A DNA stretch of 64,000 nt from Azolla caroliniana (lineage: Eukaryota > Plantae > Polypodiophyta), in contig JBHGNT010000005.1 of assembly GCA_043228905.1 (NCBI GenBank), positions 7,998,001-8,062,000 on the forward strand. The letters are read 5' to 3'. The notes under the pieces were generated by a model. The model had not been told where the DNA came from. It was given only the letters and a program-made list of their open reading frames with translations, and searched no databases. Below are positions 11,722 through 26,359 of this stretch, piece after piece. Positions within the stretch are counted from its first letter, which is position 1. Every line of letters begins with the position of its first letter. The position numbers were made by a program, and so were the translations under genes.

Positions 11722-14700
11722 ATGCCTAGGAGGAGGCAGCGAGAAGTCATCAAGATTGCGCTGGGTTCAAGAGCTCTGTTGCTCCTCCTCATCGTGCTCT
11801 GGCGTCTCCTCGGCCGACCCTATGACACCTCCGCATCCCTCGATCCGCCATGCCTCTCTGCTCAACATCTCCCAGAAGATGTGGGGAGAGGAAACAATGG
11901 AGGAGCGCCATTGTGGGGGTGGATGAGTACTAAGATCGAGAGTAGCATCGTGTGGGATAGTGTTTACTACGTCCGCATCGCTCAATGCAGCTACGAGTAT
12001 GAACAAACCTTTGCTTTCCTTCCTGTCTTCCCGCTCGCCCTTCGTCTCATCTCTAAAACTGGTAGGTGGTATGTTGTATAAGTATAGATATCTGTATAGA
12101 TACATAAAATATTGTATATTACATATACATATATGCATACACAGCATATATGTGTATACATTTATGTGTTTCCATCTGCATATATATATAATATGTCTAT
12201 ATATGTATATATGGGTTGATAGATAGTTAAATCGATGGAGAAACAAAGAAAGCAATATTAACATCTCATAATCTCTTATGAAGTATATAGAGGGATTAAA
12301 AGAAAAACATAAAATTTCCAAAAAAGACCTTAATGGTTAATGACTCCAAATATTAATTGGAAAAAAATAAAATTTACCCAAAAAGTGATAGATAACTCGA
12401 AAGGTATGGAGAAAGGAAATATTTAGTGAACAAGTCTCAATCTCAGGAAAGAATAATTTGAAGTAGCAAACCTTCACTGAAATTTGTTGAAATTATTCAT
12501 TCACAAGATATCTCAGCATTTGAGGGTTATTTATCTCTAAACAATCTCACAATCTGGAGGTAATAGTCATTTTTACTTTCAGATTCAAAATTTAAATTCA
12601 ATGTTGAACCTTTTTTGTTTCTGAAATACTGCTTGTGAGGCTTAATCAAAGGTTACAATGGCTGCTAACCAGGGAACAAAGACATGTAATATAATCTCCT
12701 AGAGAAGCATAATGAAAGCTTTAACAGAAATGGTGGATAGTGGCCAAAACTAATCAAGGGAGATGCATGATCACCGGAACTGAATTTGTTGCCCTCTTAG
12801 ATTTCCAAATAGGATATTAACTTGTCATCTTTTCTCTCTTCCTCTTCTGAGAGGTTTAAACATCATCTCAAAGCCAAAGTTAACATATGACACAATTCAG
12901 ATCTTCAATGTGTGATGCACAGCATGTCTCAATTCATAATAAACTGGGAATGCAATTATATGACACAAGCAGAAAAACCTGAAATTTCAAGTGTCTACTA
13001 CTTCCTTCTAGCAGAAAACTTGTGGCTCAGAAATTTTCTGAATGATACTTCTATGTTTCAGAAGACGTTGCAGACTGGGCTTCTTATTTCTTATGTGTTA
13101 CCTTTCTCAGGGATGAATCTTGGTAAACTAAACACCATTTGGAAACTTACGTAAAGTGAAGAGTTTCCCATCAACGGCATATCAGTGATGTAAATAAAAA
13201 ATGGCTGGTCACTGGTATGAAATGGCTGAATAAATGTGGAAGGACAAAAAGTGGAATGGATGCCTGAGGATTGACTTTACATCCATGATGTAGTGACTGT
13301 GCTGGTTGATACTTTGTCCTCGTTTGCTTAATTTCAGAATCATGGTTACCAAATTCCAACCAGGGAAACACAAAAGATGTTTTTTGGCAATTCCTGATGT
13401 TTTCTTGATACTTTGCAACGTTTACTAACTTTGTGCTAATGGGCCCTGATTTTCAGCCAACTTTCTTCAGCTACTAATTTGTTTGGCCAGTCTCTCTTCT
13501 ATCATTTTGAAATTGAAATATCATGTGGTTTATGTGTATATTTATTTTTACAATTTTATTAATGTGGATAACTTGATAGAATCTTGGAAGCCCTCTTATT
13601 ATCATAGTACAGCCCCATATTCTACTTTTTTGTGCACCACCATTTATTTTCAAAGTGTTCTCTAATACATTGGATGAGTCCAGAGTGGTGGCCTTGATCG
13701 CCACCCAGACCCATGGAGAGAAACAAGCAACACTAGCAAATTTCTTTAAATAAGTAAGAAATATATTTAATGTAATGAGATATGAAACAACACAAGAGGC
13801 CCAAATGATAGAACCATTCAATTTGGTCAGAAGAATCCAACAAGATCATTGTACTGCCTGGAGATTGTTTTTAGTGCCTCATGTCACCGACGTAGCTACC
13901 CAAGTTCAATGCCAACATGAAATATCTATCAGCAGGACTGAAATACCTTGTGGAAATGTGGAATTCCAAATTAAAAATTTCATACTGCTATCTTTTGTGT
14001 CAGATATTTCTCAAATTTTACACATCTATTCTGTGAATGAAAACCATTCTAATCTGTGTAGTCCTTTCTAATCGAAACCATTTACTGACTGCTTGTTTTA
14101 TCATTTCGATCCCCCTATGTACCTCAAAGAATCTTTTCTCCTCCCTTCTCCCGTTGAGCCTGTTGTCTTCTCTGAAAATATGTTAACCTTTCAGAGTTAT
14201 TTTAGGGGCTTGCTCTTGATATTCCTTGCTATTTGTGTTTGACTTTTTTGGCCACACCTTTGTTGAATTGATGCTACTGGATGAACTAAGATGAATGATA
14301 CCAAAAATCAAAGGAATAACCTTACCAGAGTTGATTGAATATATCATATCTGCCACCTGTGCTGGCATCTTGTGCATTGAGGAATTTCTTATAATTTTTA
14401 TTTCTTAGGTAGTGTTTGACCTGTGATTTCTACAGTAATGAACTTCTAGAAGGGGAGCTTGAGCAAGAAAGGATTTGGTAATGCTTCAAATGAAGAGCTG
14501 ATTTCTATTTATGGAAAATTTATCTGACAGTATTATCTGGATTGGTACCTTTGGTGGGCTATAGAGCTACGCTTGCCTTGTCAGGCTATCTCCTTAATAA
14601 TGCTACTTTTGTATTATCTGCTATTTTCTTCTACAGGTAGATATTTGTATTTTGCATAACCATATTCTAGATCATTCTGTTTGCAACTTTGTAATACTAT

Positions 14701-16199
14701 GAAATAAGGTTTTCTTGTGCTCACACTTTTGGCTGCACCCAGAATTTCTTGTATGGTGTTGAGAGATGAAGAGATGGCATTTCAATCTACTGCATTATTT
14801 TGCGTCAATCCAGCATCTATCTTCTATGCATCAATGTAAGCTTGAATTTTTTATTATGTTTGGTTACTTCATACTGTAAAGATTGGATGGTAATTGCATC
14901 AATTTTGCTGCAGATATTCAGAGAGCCTTTTCTCATTGGTTTCATTCGCTGGCATGTGGGAGTTCCTGCAAGGTTCACGATGGAGATCTGCATGCTTATT
15001 TGCCATCTCAGGTGGCATCAGGTCTAATGGCATATTGCATGCAGGATTTCTTCTGTTTGAAGCTATGCATAGAACTTTCAAGGCTCTCCAGCATCAACAA
15101 TTGAAGGTTGGGTTTCGCTTCTAACCCTCTCACTCGTTTTTAATGCATCCTGCAAGATGGTATATTACTGACACATTCATGGTTTCCAAGATGGCAGGCA
15201 AATTTTTATGCATTGTTACAATGCAAACTATTCTTGTATTTGTCCCCTTTGTAGCATTTCAGACCTTTGGGTTCTACAAGTTATGCTATGAAACAAGCCA
15301 GCCAGGAATCAAAGATAGCCGGCCATGGTGCCGGAAAAGGATACCATATTTATATGGATTTGTCCAAAGCTATTATTGGTGAGATAAATCAACAAATACT
15401 ACTTTTGCTCTAGTTTTAGAATCTGTTGTTCCAACCTCAGACTTCTTATATAAGACAGGGATGTTGGATTCTTAAGATACTTTCAACTCAAGCAGCTACC
15501 AAATTTTCTTCTGGCATCACCAATGTTGTCACTTGCAATGTGGTCTATAATCAGTTTTGTGAAGCATAGGCCAGATGTTATTTTCTCGCTTGGTCTACGT
15601 TCAGCATCTACAGCATTGCTGAATTGTGTCGATAAAGAAGATAAACAGTTAGAATCGTTACGATTCGATGGTATAACACTCATGTACATTGTTAATAAAT
15701 GTTGCATTGTTCATGCTTTAACCATGCAGGCGAGGTTCTTAAATTATAACTACCAAACTCGCAGGCTTCTTGAGACAAAGAGCACAAAGGAAATCACAGG
15801 TCATTTTTAATGATAAGTGTGATATAGATGTATCGAAAAGGTTGACTACTAGTACAAAAGGAATCTTCTCGTTGGAAGCTTTACCATTTGTTTTAGAAAT
15901 GGCATTCATGATTTTTGTTGCGTGCTTGATTATGCACGTTCAGGTGTAGAGCTAACTTTCAGTTATTGCTCTGTTATCAATTTTGACATCAGTTATAGAT
16001 GATGAGAGTAACTCTTTTTTTGAACTTGCAGGTTGCAACAAGGTTTCTCTCAATTTGTAGTCCGATATATTGGATTGCTGCTCACAAAATCCATTCTTAT
16101 CCCAAACGTTATAAACTAGCTTTTGTCATATGGGGAGCATTCTTTTTTTATGTGACATTGGGATCCTTACTCTTTGTAAATTTCTATCCCTTTACATGA
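11722..16199 (+). CDS. PIGV: GPI mannosyltransferase 2 (PIG-V/GPI18 family), 8 exons, ~492 aa
   Basis: Exons with GT-AG borders: 11722-12061, 14531-14636, 14743-14835, 14914-15106, 15191-15378, 15459-15670, 15765-15943, 16032-16199. These sum to 1479 nt in frame. Family motifs: PYDTS, [82 protein letters not shown]. Confidence 0.95.
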
Positions 16200-17399
16200 C
16201 TTCAGAATTTTCATTTATATAAATTCATTGAAGTTCTATTGAAGGTCTCACTTATGGATAAGGTAGTAAGTAAAAACATTGTTTTGTGGGAAAATTTAGT
16301 AAAGGACATCCGTTGTTGATGTCACTTATTGGTTCTTTCAAATAATATCTTATCATTCTCATTATTTTTCCTTGTCTATCCTGGATGGTGGTATGATTTT
16401 TCTCCCTCAACAAGTGATAAATTTCATATGGTGAATGGTGTATGCAATTGCCGGTCCATCACTTGCATGTTAGAAAAGAAATCCAAAGATACCAAAATTT
16501 AAGATATTTGGAAAGGGTAGTACTCGAACTTGAGCTGTATAACATAATGACTACATGAAAGCATCACTTTAAATATTATTTGCCTCTTTCAATAATGAGA
16601 TGAACCATCCAGATCTTCTAGGTCTGTGTGTAATTTAGCTGTTAATTTACATGAGAAGGTTCCAGGACGTGTTCATTGTTGAGTAGAGGATTGTCACAAA
16701 CAACATTGAAATTGGAGTTGTTCCACCTTCAGTGATACCAGAGATATATCTTTACCATTTCTTTCTAAATATGGAATTCCATGGGAACCTTTAACACACC
16801 AAAGCAATGTTGCATTAATGCCCCCCAACATCAAGATTAGAATCATCACAATTACATCCTTATGTATGAGATGACTTCTTATCTGCAAATATGCATCAAT
16901 GTTAGAAATATACATGTGAAGGTAAGAAAGTCCCACAAAAGTTGGAACAATATGTAGACATAGTGAGTAGTGGGAAATATGTCACCACGATAATTGAAGT
17001 TGATGGCATGATGGAGGCTAGGAAAAAGGTTATTAAGAGATATGTATTGTGACAGAAAATAAGGAAAGAATTTGACTTCAAAATATTAAAGGCATGCAAC
17101 CAAGAACTTATAATATGTAAACAACAGTTAGACAACGGCATCACAATTGCATAATGAAGTGGACACCTTAAAAGAACTTGAATAAAAGGGCTGAGCTATT
17201 CCTCAAGCGACTGATATGAGATAGAGTTTATGAGATTAGCCCTTGAACAAGACATAAATATGTATAGAAGATATTTGTTGATGATTGTGCCACACCTATG
17301 AGCGAACTCAGCGGAAAGAATTGACTGGATATACATGTTGGAACCAAAGGTAAGAAGGAAGTGCAATTTCTTCTGAGTACTCTAAACTTGATACTCAAC

Positions 17400-18400
17400 A
17401 GTAGGCAATTTCATGTCTGAGAAAGGCCACTTCGAATAGAAGTTGTCTATGTCTCATCATACTTCAAGTTAACATAGACAAGACTCGGTTGTATCCAAAT
17501 ATCGATGATATGATTTTGTGGAAGAGACTTCAAACATATACCAGACTGCTATGTGATGAATCAAGGAAAATACAAATGGATATGTTACTCAATGAATTAA
17601 CAAAGTTAGTGACCATTTCAATACAGAAATCAGCTATATATATGCATTCTCCCATAAAAAACCCATGCATCACACCATGAAGATGTATAGACCCTCAAAA
17701 TAGTTGTTATGAAAATGAATGTAGGCCATACCAAGAAAGCATGGAGATAGTTTCCATGAGGCCAATTAGTAACATATAAGTTTATAACACACCAACCCAA
17801 GGATTTTGGTACTAACATGATCATTAACTATATGATGTTCCTAATCACGAGCACATGCCAAAACCGGTTGAAAGTCAAACATTACACCACAAACTCTTCG
17901 CAGAAAAGAAGGCCAAGACATATCATTAAGAGACTATAGAACATAATATCCCAATATTATGATGGCATGGTGGTTGAATATCATAGCCCCAAATGTAAAA
18001 ACTTGGGCACAATTGCTTGCTTAAATATTTGACTTGAGTGAATGGTCCAAGGAATAAGGAACAAGATCCTTGGGACAAGCAATTTTTAGATCATATCTTT
18101 ACACTAAGAGTAACCATAGATGAAGTCTGGGCAAGAAAGAAAGAGATGTATTGTTGCTTTTTAGACTTTCATACAACATTTGACATAGCGCCATGGTAGG
18201 AACCAATGAATATACAAAAAATAATTTGAGTATCAAACCATATATGATTTATTTGGGAATATTACCTTGAGAATATGAGCACCAAGAGGGTAATGTAAAA
18301 TGCGATATGGAAGACCATCAACATGAAGCAAGGATGCCCACTATGGCCCACAATATTTGGTATTTAAATAGTTGAGCTCTCAAAATACAATGAATGAGGG
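17400..18400 (+). mobile_element. Highly decayed non-LTR retrotransposon (LINE) RT relic
   Basis: Residual RT motifs FLDFHTTFDIAP (~18160) and KQGCPLWPTIFGI (~18325); boundaries approximate. Confidence 0.45.
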
Positions 18401-18749
18401 CGTGAAGATAGGCTATAAGATGTGACAAAGTTGTGGTTCATTTTTGACATCTCTTTGGGACTTTTGAAGCCCCTACACACTCTCCATACTTTGCAAAGAT
18501 GGAGATGTCACAATGAGAAATCTAGAGGGATTGTGTCTGCCATCTTAGGAGCATGGGCCAAAACATTTGGTAATCTGTTTATTTGTGGACGAGAACCTAG
18601 GAATATGTTCCATAACGTCGGGGTCACACGCAAAGGGTCATAATCCTCTTCGTGAGACACATCATAAACATGGTTGACAAATGCAATACACATGCCTTGT
18701 CACACAAGTGACAATGCACACATGTCTAATTTCAAGATCCACAAAGCAA

Positions 18750-21700
18750 TCTATGCCTTTTTGAAACCATTGTCACTCCCACAATTGTATGTGGGTTAGA
18801 AATTTGTATGTGTGAATTAGGTGTTAAAGTTGACATGCTAAGGCCAAAAAGTTAGAGGACATGGTTTAGCTTCGGATAATACTAAAATGACACATTATTG
18901 GATCCATTTTCTCTAAAGGAAGTGCGTAACCATTGCCTAATTTCTTACCTTAATTCCACCAACCCATGTTATTTTGATGCTTATATATACCCCTCAAATC
19001 ACATTTGTAGGTATCCCAAAAATTATTTGAGAGAAAATCTTGTGAAATAAATTTGTGAAGAAACATTCTTGGACATATAATTGAGTGTGGGTTGCGAGTT
19101 GTAAGTTTTGTAAACACTATGTATTTTCTCCCTTACGTAAAATGATATGCATTTAGTCCTAAGATGCAAGCACAATTCACCGAACTTTGCTATCAAATTT
19201 GTGTGTTATTTCCATGTTAATTTTATTTTTTAAGGACTTGTTAAAAACAATCCAAAGGTAGTTAGAATCGAGTGAGAGCAATGGTGGCCGACTCATGAAA
19301 GGTGAAATTCATGAAATTTGATGACTATCTGTACAAGAGAAAGCTTTATCAATCTCTCTTAGAAAAGAAGCCAAAAGGTATGAAATATGAAAACTAGACT
19401 CCTCTTGACAAAAAAACCCACAACGTTATCCTATACACGTTATCTTGTGATGTTGCTTTTAACATTGTAAAGGAAAAGACCATGCCAAGTCTTATGGTGG
19501 TTGCCTCGAGTATGTATGTGTTAACAATATCTTACTAATCATAGAATAAATAAAAGTAAACGAATGGTGAATAGATTGGATAGAAGAATCCAATCCTTCA
19601 AACCACCCTTGAACTATGATAAACACATACCCAAACTACACCCAACGTCCCATAACGACGAATATTAAGATGACTAGTACCTTGGAAGAGGTAACATAGT
19701 TGTTGCCATGAAAGCCTAGCCCCCATCACTGGTGTCTCAAGACTTCAATTCTCCAATGTAATGTGTTTTATGAGGTTAGCTCCGCCTCATATTTATACTT
19801 CTTCCTAGGCCCCTTGAATAGATGTACTTTTCTAAAAGACTCTTTATTCATTGATTGTCAAGATCATGATAGTGCATGCACCTATCATTCCTTCTATCAA
19901 GTCTCATTAATCACTTTCTAACATTTGTTTGAACTTATCCTTATGTTTGGTAAATATTAGTGACCTATCCAGACTCACTTGCATTGTGCGTGCATAATAG
20001 GAAAATAGGAAGATGCATCAATAGCTCAAGATGTCAATGAAAGTACAATCACAACCCAATTGAGTTCAGTTGGAATTGAATTTGATGAAGTTGTATGAGC
20101 ATCGATACTTCTGTTTTTCTACCAGAAAGTTCGAACGCTATTGTCGCAATTATAAATAGTTTGTCAAGAAGCAATATGTTGAATTTTGATGATGTCGATG
20201 ATCTAGTACTCAATGAAGAGATCCCATGGAGAGAGTTGAGTGAATCATCAATGTCTTCAATTTTGCACACAGAGTCAAGAGGAAGAAATTCAACCAGAGC
20301 TAATGGACCTGGTAGATCAAAGTATTGAGGCATAACAAGGAACAAATCTAGGAATAATAATTTCAAAGCTTGAAAATGTTGAGAGTTGGACTTGTGGGAA
20401 GACCCAACACTGTACAAATCAACACAATACTACATCGAAGGACCAAAAGGCAAAGGCATATGATACTTCCACCTCAATAGGAGATGATGCATTGATATGC
20501 TTTTGGAGAGCAAGGAAGAGTCTTGGGTGTTAGAATCTAGAGCATCATTTCGCACTACTTTGAAGAAAGAATTATTCGAGAGGTATGTCCTTAGAAACCT
20601 TGGAAAGGAATACCTTGGTGATGGTCAACCTTTTTCTATTATTTGTTAAGTTGTAGTGAAGATTAAGTTGAATGTATCTAATTAGGAGTTGATGTCAAGT
20701 GTACTCTAGACATGAGAAAGAACTTAACCTTAGTAGGTTAGCTACACTATGATTTTCCATGGCAATAATAGGAAGGCTTCACAGGTGCAATAATGGTTAG
20801 GGAAACTTTCAAGTTTACAATAAGTTGAGATAGACATGTGCAAAGATTGCATACTTGGAAAGAAGAAGATGGCCAACTTTGTGACAATTGTCAAAACGTC
20901 AAAGAAAGAAAGGCTAGAGCTGGTTCATCCAACATTTGGGGACCGACACCTATTTATCATTGGTTGAAACACTACTTTCTAACTTTCATTGATGATCACT
21001 TTTGGAAGATATGACTTTACTTTCTAAAGAATTAGTTTAATGTGTTTGAGGCTTTGAGGATATGGAAAGTTATCGTTGATAAATGATGCAAGTTTGAAGA
21101 TTAAAAGGCTAAGAATTGAGAATGGTGGTGAATATGAGAACACTAGATTCAACAAGTTTTGCTATGAGCATGGGATCAAAATGGAGAGAATCCCATTGGG
21201 TATGTCTCAACATAATGGTGTAGTTGAGCCTCTGAATGAGACATTGAAAGAAAGAGGAAAAACCATTTGTGCACAATTAGGTTTACCAAAGCAGTTTTGC
21301 ACAGACATGGGCAAGACATCAACTTACTTGGTCAACAAAGGCCCATTGGCTCCATTTGAGCACAAGATACCATAGGGGGTATGCAGTGGAAAAAGAGATA
21401 AAATTGTCACATTTAAAAGTTTTTGGATATATAACATATGTTCATGACAATGATCAAGGTAAGAGTAAGCTTGATCCCCAATCTAAGATATGCACTTTCT
21501 ATGAGGAGGATGAGTTTGGATACTGCATTTGGGATGACTAAAACAAGATAATAATGCGCAACAAAGATAGGATTTTCAATAGAAGAGTGATGTACAAGGA
21601 TAGGCATAAAACTAATGCCAACGACTTAAGAGCAAAGTGCAACAATATTTGCAAATGCAGATGATGTCCTTAAAAGTCATGTGACAAAGCCAATTATAGC

Positions 21701-22150
21701 AAGTCCTTAATTAGAACTTGCTAGATAGAGCAATACACAACGGACCTCCTTCTCAAGCTCTTTTATTCAGGTCTTCTTAACCTCATGTGCCTAACAAGAG
21801 ATACATGAACTATTTATTACATTGACTTATGGAACGGAGCTTGAATGTTATCATGAAACTCAATACTATTGTTACATCGATGTTTAGTATTGTTGTTGAA
21901 GATTCTTACCTTGAACAACGAGACGTGAAGACTACATTTCTCCATAGATACTTAGATGTTCTGCACAATGATAGTATAGTGCAATAGATGTGGTGAAGAA
22001 TTGAACATTTGATTCCAAAACCAAGTATACTAAATATTATAACATTGTCAGATATTTATTGGAAGATGAGGTGTTAACACAGAAGAAAATTCAAGGACAC
22101 AAGAACTCAATGATATGTTCACAAAGATAATAGCTATCGAGCCACACAAT
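18750..22150 (+). mobile_element. Old, internally deleted Ty1/copia element
   Basis: LTR-like 18900-19250 resembles 62480-62830. Remnants of gag (DYLYKRKLYQ..KKPKGMK; TQLSSVGIEFDE), integrase (IKRLRIENGGEY..QHNGVVE; HLKVFGYITYVH) and RT (EQRDVKTTFLH). Boundaries approximate. Confidence 0.75.
19519..19923 (-). repeat. Probable solo LTR inserted in the gag of the old copia
   Basis: TGTTAA...TCTAACA termini interrupt the gag peptide; no clean TSD. Confidence 0.4.
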
Positions 22151-22269
22151 ACTATTCCAAGAATATCACGAGGCATGAATTTTCTTTTCCAATGGGGATT
22201 TAACATGTCAATCTTGTGTATGGAATAAGTTGGAACCAAGAATATCACAAGGCATAAATGTTCAACTTT

Positions 22270-22571
22270 AGGAAGTCTTTACTTATGACGAAATGAGTGA
22301 AGCACTTCAAGCTTTGCCCAAAAATAGTTGCTCAGGCATGGATGGTTTAACCCCAAAGTTCTTCATTAAATATTGAGACTTGTTCAAGGCCGATTTATGT
22401 ATAGCCTCCCAACAAATTCTTAGAGATGGTTGTATGCCTCCACATTTTACAGAAGGCCTAATTTACCTTATCCCTAAGTCAGATGGCCCTTCATTGGACA
22501 TCAAGAAATGACGTCCTATCGCAATACTCAATACGATGTATAAAATCTTGGCTAAAGCAATTAGTATACGT
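22270..22571 (+). mobile_element. L1-like LINE ORF2, fragment 1 (RT N-terminus)
   Basis: EALQALPKNSCSGMDGLTPKFF..GLIYLIPK..RPIAILNTMYKILAKAISIR; continues seamlessly at 50037 across TSD ACGT. Confidence 0.85.
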
Positions 22572-25500
22572 TATCGCGGATATCCGCATGTACATGTTGG
22601 ATGGGGTGAGACCACCAGGGCCTTGAACTAAGGAGTCAGAGAGGGAGACCACAAAGCCTGCAGTGACTAATTGGCTCGATTGCCGGATCTCCTAACTTAG
22701 CGCACGGGCTCGTAAAACCTGTATCCGATCCGGTACTACTATCGCTGGATTCCGGAAACGGAGCACACAGGTTCTCAAACATGATGAGTAAACGCAAAAT
22801 GGAGGAGAGCGGCCCCTCTTGATGAAAGAAATAGAGAAACGAATGTAGACCCAACACAGAAAGGAGTCGGATACATCAAAACCTAGAATAAATTAACGAA
22901 CAAAGAAGAATACAACCGGACTCAGCCGGTGATAGAACTTCGAGCCTCGCTCACACAGACATACACATGCATGCACGTTGTCGCGTAACTACACATGCAT
23001 GTGTGAAGCTAGGCGGGACCATGGGGGCCTCAAACCGAAGAGTTCAAGAAGAAGAAGAATAAGATAGACAGAGGGTGCGTAGGGCGTTAGGTGTCAAGAT
23101 GCATAGAGCACAACTAGCTCGGTCGGGATCGGAGCAACACGCTAGATGATCAACAAGAAACACATACCAACATTTCAATTAGGAGGCAGAGAAGTTACAA
23201 CCGGCTCAGTCGGTAGCCGAGCTACGATCTCAGCGAGCAACCCACGCACACCAATCACCGAAGTACAACGTGGAGCCTCTATTGGGAGCACACAAGCTTA
23301 CCACGCGAGTCGAGGCGTCCGACCTAAGAGGAAACAAACAGAAAAAAAAATGAGAATATAGAGAATAGGCACTTGGTTCCCAGTCCGATAACACTTCGTT
23401 CTCCCTAAACATGCGATCCCTAACTCAGTCCTCTCTACCTCCTTTTATAGACCAAGGAGGGAGATGGATGTTACATCAAGTAATTAATCTTTGTCGTCTC
23501 AGACAGAGATTCGCCTAGATTTATTCCTTTATTTAATTTTCCCTATTAAAGTTTTATACATCGCGCTGACCTAGCCTAGTCCTATGTTATTGACAAGTAC
23601 ACAATTTATTTTCACGTGCGTCCATGCACACACCCATTCACGCCTCTCCTGTCCCTTTTCTCCTTGTGGCCGGAAGTCCCCACCAAACCGCACTCCACCG
23701 GTATGTGCCGAGAGAGTGAGAGAGAGATGGGGAAAACCGGCCGTTTGTCACTTGTTGTCCTAAGATCCGTCGACTCCCCCGTCTTCGTCTGTTCTTTCTG
23801 GGTCGTCATTCTCGTCCACACAATCCGGGTCCGGCTCGTCCTTGTACCGCTTCTTGAATGCCTTGATCCACTTTCCCGCGACCGGTACTGCTATCCATGT
23901 TCCATCGAGCTTCACGAGATGGTATGTGGCATTGTCGTTCGGGCTTGTCATCATGTAAGGCCCGAACCATCTCCTTGCGAATTTCCGCGTCGCCTTATGT
24001 TGGTTATCGAGGCTACTGTCGTAAACCAACACCTAGTTGCCTTCCTCGATCTTCTTCGGTCTTAGCCGGTGTGTTCGGTCGAACCGGTCCTTATTCTTTT
24101 CCCGTGCCGCGCACAATTTCGCCTTCGTCTTCGCCTGCTCCATGTCCTCCAGCCTTCGCTCGAGCTAGTGAATCCGCGCCGCTAACAGCTCCTCTCGACT
24201 CATTTCGTCTATCTGGCCGATCGCCGCCCATGAAGAGATCGTCTGCTCCATTGGCATGATCGGCTTCTGCCCGTACATAAACTCTGCCAGCATAAACCCG
24301 GTCACCGAACTATGCGTAGTCCGGTCTGCCCACAACACGTAAGGTAAGAGCCTTGGCCAGTTCCCGACTTGTCCCTCGCAAGCCTGTACTAATGCCTTCA
24401 CGATTGGCCCATGTCCGCACTCCACCTTCCCGTTTGCCTCTGGATTGTACGCCGTAGTGAGAGAGAGTTTTACCCCTAACCGACCGAACAACTCTTCGGC
24501 TTCCAGCGCGTCCAACTCTTCCCGATCGGCCACGATCTTCCCCACGCATCTGTATTGGCAAACCAACTCTTCGATTAGGAATCGACATACGACCGCGGTC
24601 ATTTTGTTCTGCAGTGCACGACCCTCTACCTGGTTCGTTAGGTCCTCTTACGCAAGCACCAGGTACCGCATCTGCCCCACCCCCATCGGCATTGTCATTA
24701 AATCCACCGTCCATTTGAAATGGAAAGTTGGCGGGTAGGTCGGGTGCAACTCGTCTCTATGCAGGATCGTGGAATACATCTGGCAACTTTCGTAGGTTGT
24801 CACTAATTGGTGCATGTCACGGTAAATCCTTGGTCACCAATATTTTGCCTTCAGCTTCTCGAACGTAGCCCACGTTCTGCGGTGTCTAGCCCAAGGGCTC
24901 TCGTGGTACGCTTACAACAACGCCTTCTGCTCTTGGGTAAAAGCATGCTAGTGGAAACACTATTATAGCTAATTAGCTACTAAAATGGCCACAACTAATT
25001 AGCTATTTGTTTAGCTAGTTTTTTGTGGGAAAATCATAAGGATGGTTTACGAAATTTTATGTTTTATTAGTTAAATACATGTCATTTTATTGATGGGAAT
25101 ACTCAACTATTTGAACTTTGGTTTTTGACGTAATGGAACATGGGGAATAGTGCCATCATCTAAGGTCGACTTGAATGTCATCAAATTCTTGATAATCTAG
25201 AGTTCGAGTTCGAACTCCAAACAGATGGAGTACTCTAAGCATGAACGAAGATGACGCCCCCGCAGCAACACAAAAACTTTGAGATCGACATTGCACCTTC
25301 AGAGCTACAACACACAAGCTAGTTGATCCTCATCTAGGTATGTATCAGTTACATATTAAAAAAACTTTTTTTTCCTAATTTATAACTGTTTGTAACTTTG
25401 GTGCCTATTCATCTTTCCCAAAAATCGAATAGGGCGAAGACGTTGGAGTCCCAAACAATGATGTCTCGAACATCGGGGTGTAGGAGCAGGTGTGTTTCTG

Positions 25501-26359
25501 ATTGACAGAATTTTGTAGTACGGTTGATTTCTGCCTTTAGTGATGATTAGGGTTTGTGTTTCCCTTAAGTGGTTTAGGGTTTCTGATTACAAATTTCAGA
25601 TTGCAAGTTTCTAGTTACAAATTTCTAATTACAAATTTCTGATTACTGTTGCAATCTGTTGTAATTTTGCACCAATTCTCATGACAAATTTTGATTAGGG
25701 TTTCTGATTTTTTAAGTGGTTGATTTCTAATACATGTTGAAAAGGACAGATTACAAATTTCAAATTACTGTCTCAAAGTGTTGTAATTTTGCACCAAATT
25801 CACATTAAAAATTCGGTTTTTGCACCAATTCTGATTACTAATTTTCTATTTCAGGTGGCTCGTTCCTCCCTATCCTAGAGTGCTAAACTTCACAAAATTT
25901 TGCGAGACAAAGGAGGACTTTCACAACATATATGGTCTGTTGCTCGAGGGCATTGACCCTGCTGTTCTAATTGATAGATTGATTAGTGATGTAGATTGGA
26001 TGTCAGTATATAAAGTGTCTAGAGTGAAAGGCCAGGTCAAGCTCAAGCATGTACGACTGGACCTGTACAACGACTGCATGAGACTACATCAGAAAGTACA
26101 TCAAGAGATCTCAGTCAACAACGAGTTGACCGTTTCATTTGCCAAAGCTTTTGCATACGAGTATTGCAAAACAACGAAGGAATCTTGTGACCCTGAAATG
26201 TAAAGGGTAGCTTGGGCAATTTATGGTGAGGCATCGGTAGAAAGATGTCGGAAGATGGGGAGCTTGCAACAAAAAATGGCAAGATTTTGGAGCATGGCAG
26301 TTGATGATGCAACTGTCGACTCCCAACAAACCCGCAAGTATACGCCAGATCGACACACA

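Noticed and set aside
15671-15810. Read-through or acceptor at 15729 for PIG-V exon 7
   Set aside because: Both hit stops; the acceptor at 15764 restores the frame to MHVQ.
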